Assembly (NCBI GenBank): GCA_002104945.1
Contig: MCFH01000075.1
Coordinates: 124,001-188,000, forward strand
Direction of reading: 5' to 3'
DNA length: 64,000 nt
Source of the DNA: Piromyces finnis finn
Lineage: Eukaryota > Fungi > Neocallimastigomycota
In this document: positions 62,489-64,000 of the stretch, piece after piece
Layout: every line of letters begins with the position of its first letter
Numbering within the stretch: position 1 is the stretch's first letter
Position numbers and translations under genes: made by a program
The notes under the pieces: model-generated
What the model saw: the letters and a program-made list of their open reading frames with translations, nothing else
What the model was told of the DNA's origin: nothing
Database searches by the model: none

Positions 62489-64000
62489 TTTTTAAAAGTT
62501 ATTAATATTTATTCTGAAGAAATAAAACTTTATATCTAATGTATTTATTGTTGTTTTTTATACAGTCGAATATTTGTTAAAGTAAGTATTAATATTGATG
62601 TACTAATTTTAGATTTTATTTTATAATTTTAAGATTGTAAATAAAAGTTGAAAAAAAAAAAAAAAACAAAATGTTGTATATATTAACTTGTATATAAAAA
62701 ATTAATATATTAAAAGTTTCGATATTAAATTTTTAAAAAGCAAGAAAGTAGCCAATTTTCATTTTATCATGTACATTCACCAATAATCAAAAGATTTTTT
62801 TAATTTATTACAATAAAAAAAAAATAATTATGTAATTTTTTATTTTTTTTTTTTATATTTTTTCTGTATTAATATTTATTATTTATTATATAATATATAT
62901 AATAAACAATATATTTTAAATATAAAGAGGCTATATATTAAATAAATTATTTAATAATTATATTTTAAACTATTTTATTATAAATTAAAATTTAATCATA
63001 AACAATACTATTCTAATTAAATATTATGATATATTATCTAATATATAATTAATGAATGAAACTATATTAATATATATTCTCAATTAATTATTAAAAAAAT
63101 ACAAAATGTATGAGCATAATGTATTTAGAAGTAAAAATGTACCGCTTATTTTATTGGTTGAAACTTATATACAAAGTAATGACACACCATATATTAATTT
63201 ATATTGATAAAAAATTACCGTTTTTGAAAATTTTAATTTATTAAAAGTTTGGAGATGAAAATGCTGGCCAAGAGAATTTAAAAGTTGTACTTTGAATAGT
63301 GGATATTTTTTAGTAGCATGTGTATATAAAAATATAAAAATAGCTATATAAAAAATAATGTTTTATTTTATATTAAAAAGGGGAGTGGATAACCACACTT
63401 TTTTGAACTCATTATTATTATCATTTTAAAAAAAAAAGAAAAAGGAAAAAAAGATAAAAATGTTAACATTGGAATATTGTAGAAAAAAAAAAGTGAAATA
63501 TTTACTAGTTGAAATAATTATAGATATTACATCTTTAAAAATGAATATAATTAATCTGTTTAGTTGTATGTTATAGATAATGACTATTTATATATATGTA
63601 TATATTACTTTAATTCTGATTTCGTAGAACCTTTAAATTTTCTCTATAAAAAAAAGTAAAATTTTAACAATTACAATTGAAATACAATAATAAATATTGT
63701 ATATAAATATTTTCTTTATTACCAATATCTAGAATATTAGAATTTAATTTTAATACAACTACTATTACACTTTTAAAATACCAGAATATAATAATTTGTA
63801 TTAAAAAAAAAACTTGATAAACTAATAAAACTTTATAGAAAAATACACAATACACACATTTCTATTTATTTTATTGAAACATTTATATTTACTTTTATTT
63901 ATTTTACTTATTTTAATTAATTTGAAGGTCTAAGATAATAATTATTTAAATTAATATTAGTTTTTTTTATCTTCTTTTTTTTTTAAATTCTATAAAGTTT

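Overview
Eukaryotic, extremely AT-rich DNA with short GT-AG introns. By composition, intron style and gene content it is most likely an anaerobic gut fungus (Neocallimastigomycota); this is inference. I can support 11 protein genes plus one tRNA. The genes are: two intronless paralogous secreted alpha/beta-hydrolases of bacterial type (122-1573, 7661-9124), a Crz1-like C2H2 transcription factor, a Sen1/Upf1-like SF1 helicase, a 12-exon proline iminopeptidase, RPL35, a Vnx1-type cation/H+ exchanger, a 7-exon SNAPC1/SNAP43-like gene, a Sec7/BIG ARF-GEF, RPS14, a PH-domain coiled-coil protein and a secreted CAP-domain protein; the tRNA is Ala(CGC). The ORF track misses or fragments several of these, so I rebuilt exons by hand from splice sites and reading frame. 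The most interesting signals are: (1) the hidden SNAPC1-like gene; (2) a shared TCT/5'TOP-like TCTCTCTT element just upstream of both ribosomal-protein genes; (3) two GC-elevated islands 50 kb apart that share a ~50-nt core with one compensatory base-pair change, probably LINE-like 3' ends; (4) a long-range stem in an RPS14 intron; (5) the duplicated candidate HGT esterases with a recurring GTTACAC upstream motif. No searches or folding programs were run; family calls rest on recognised motifs.
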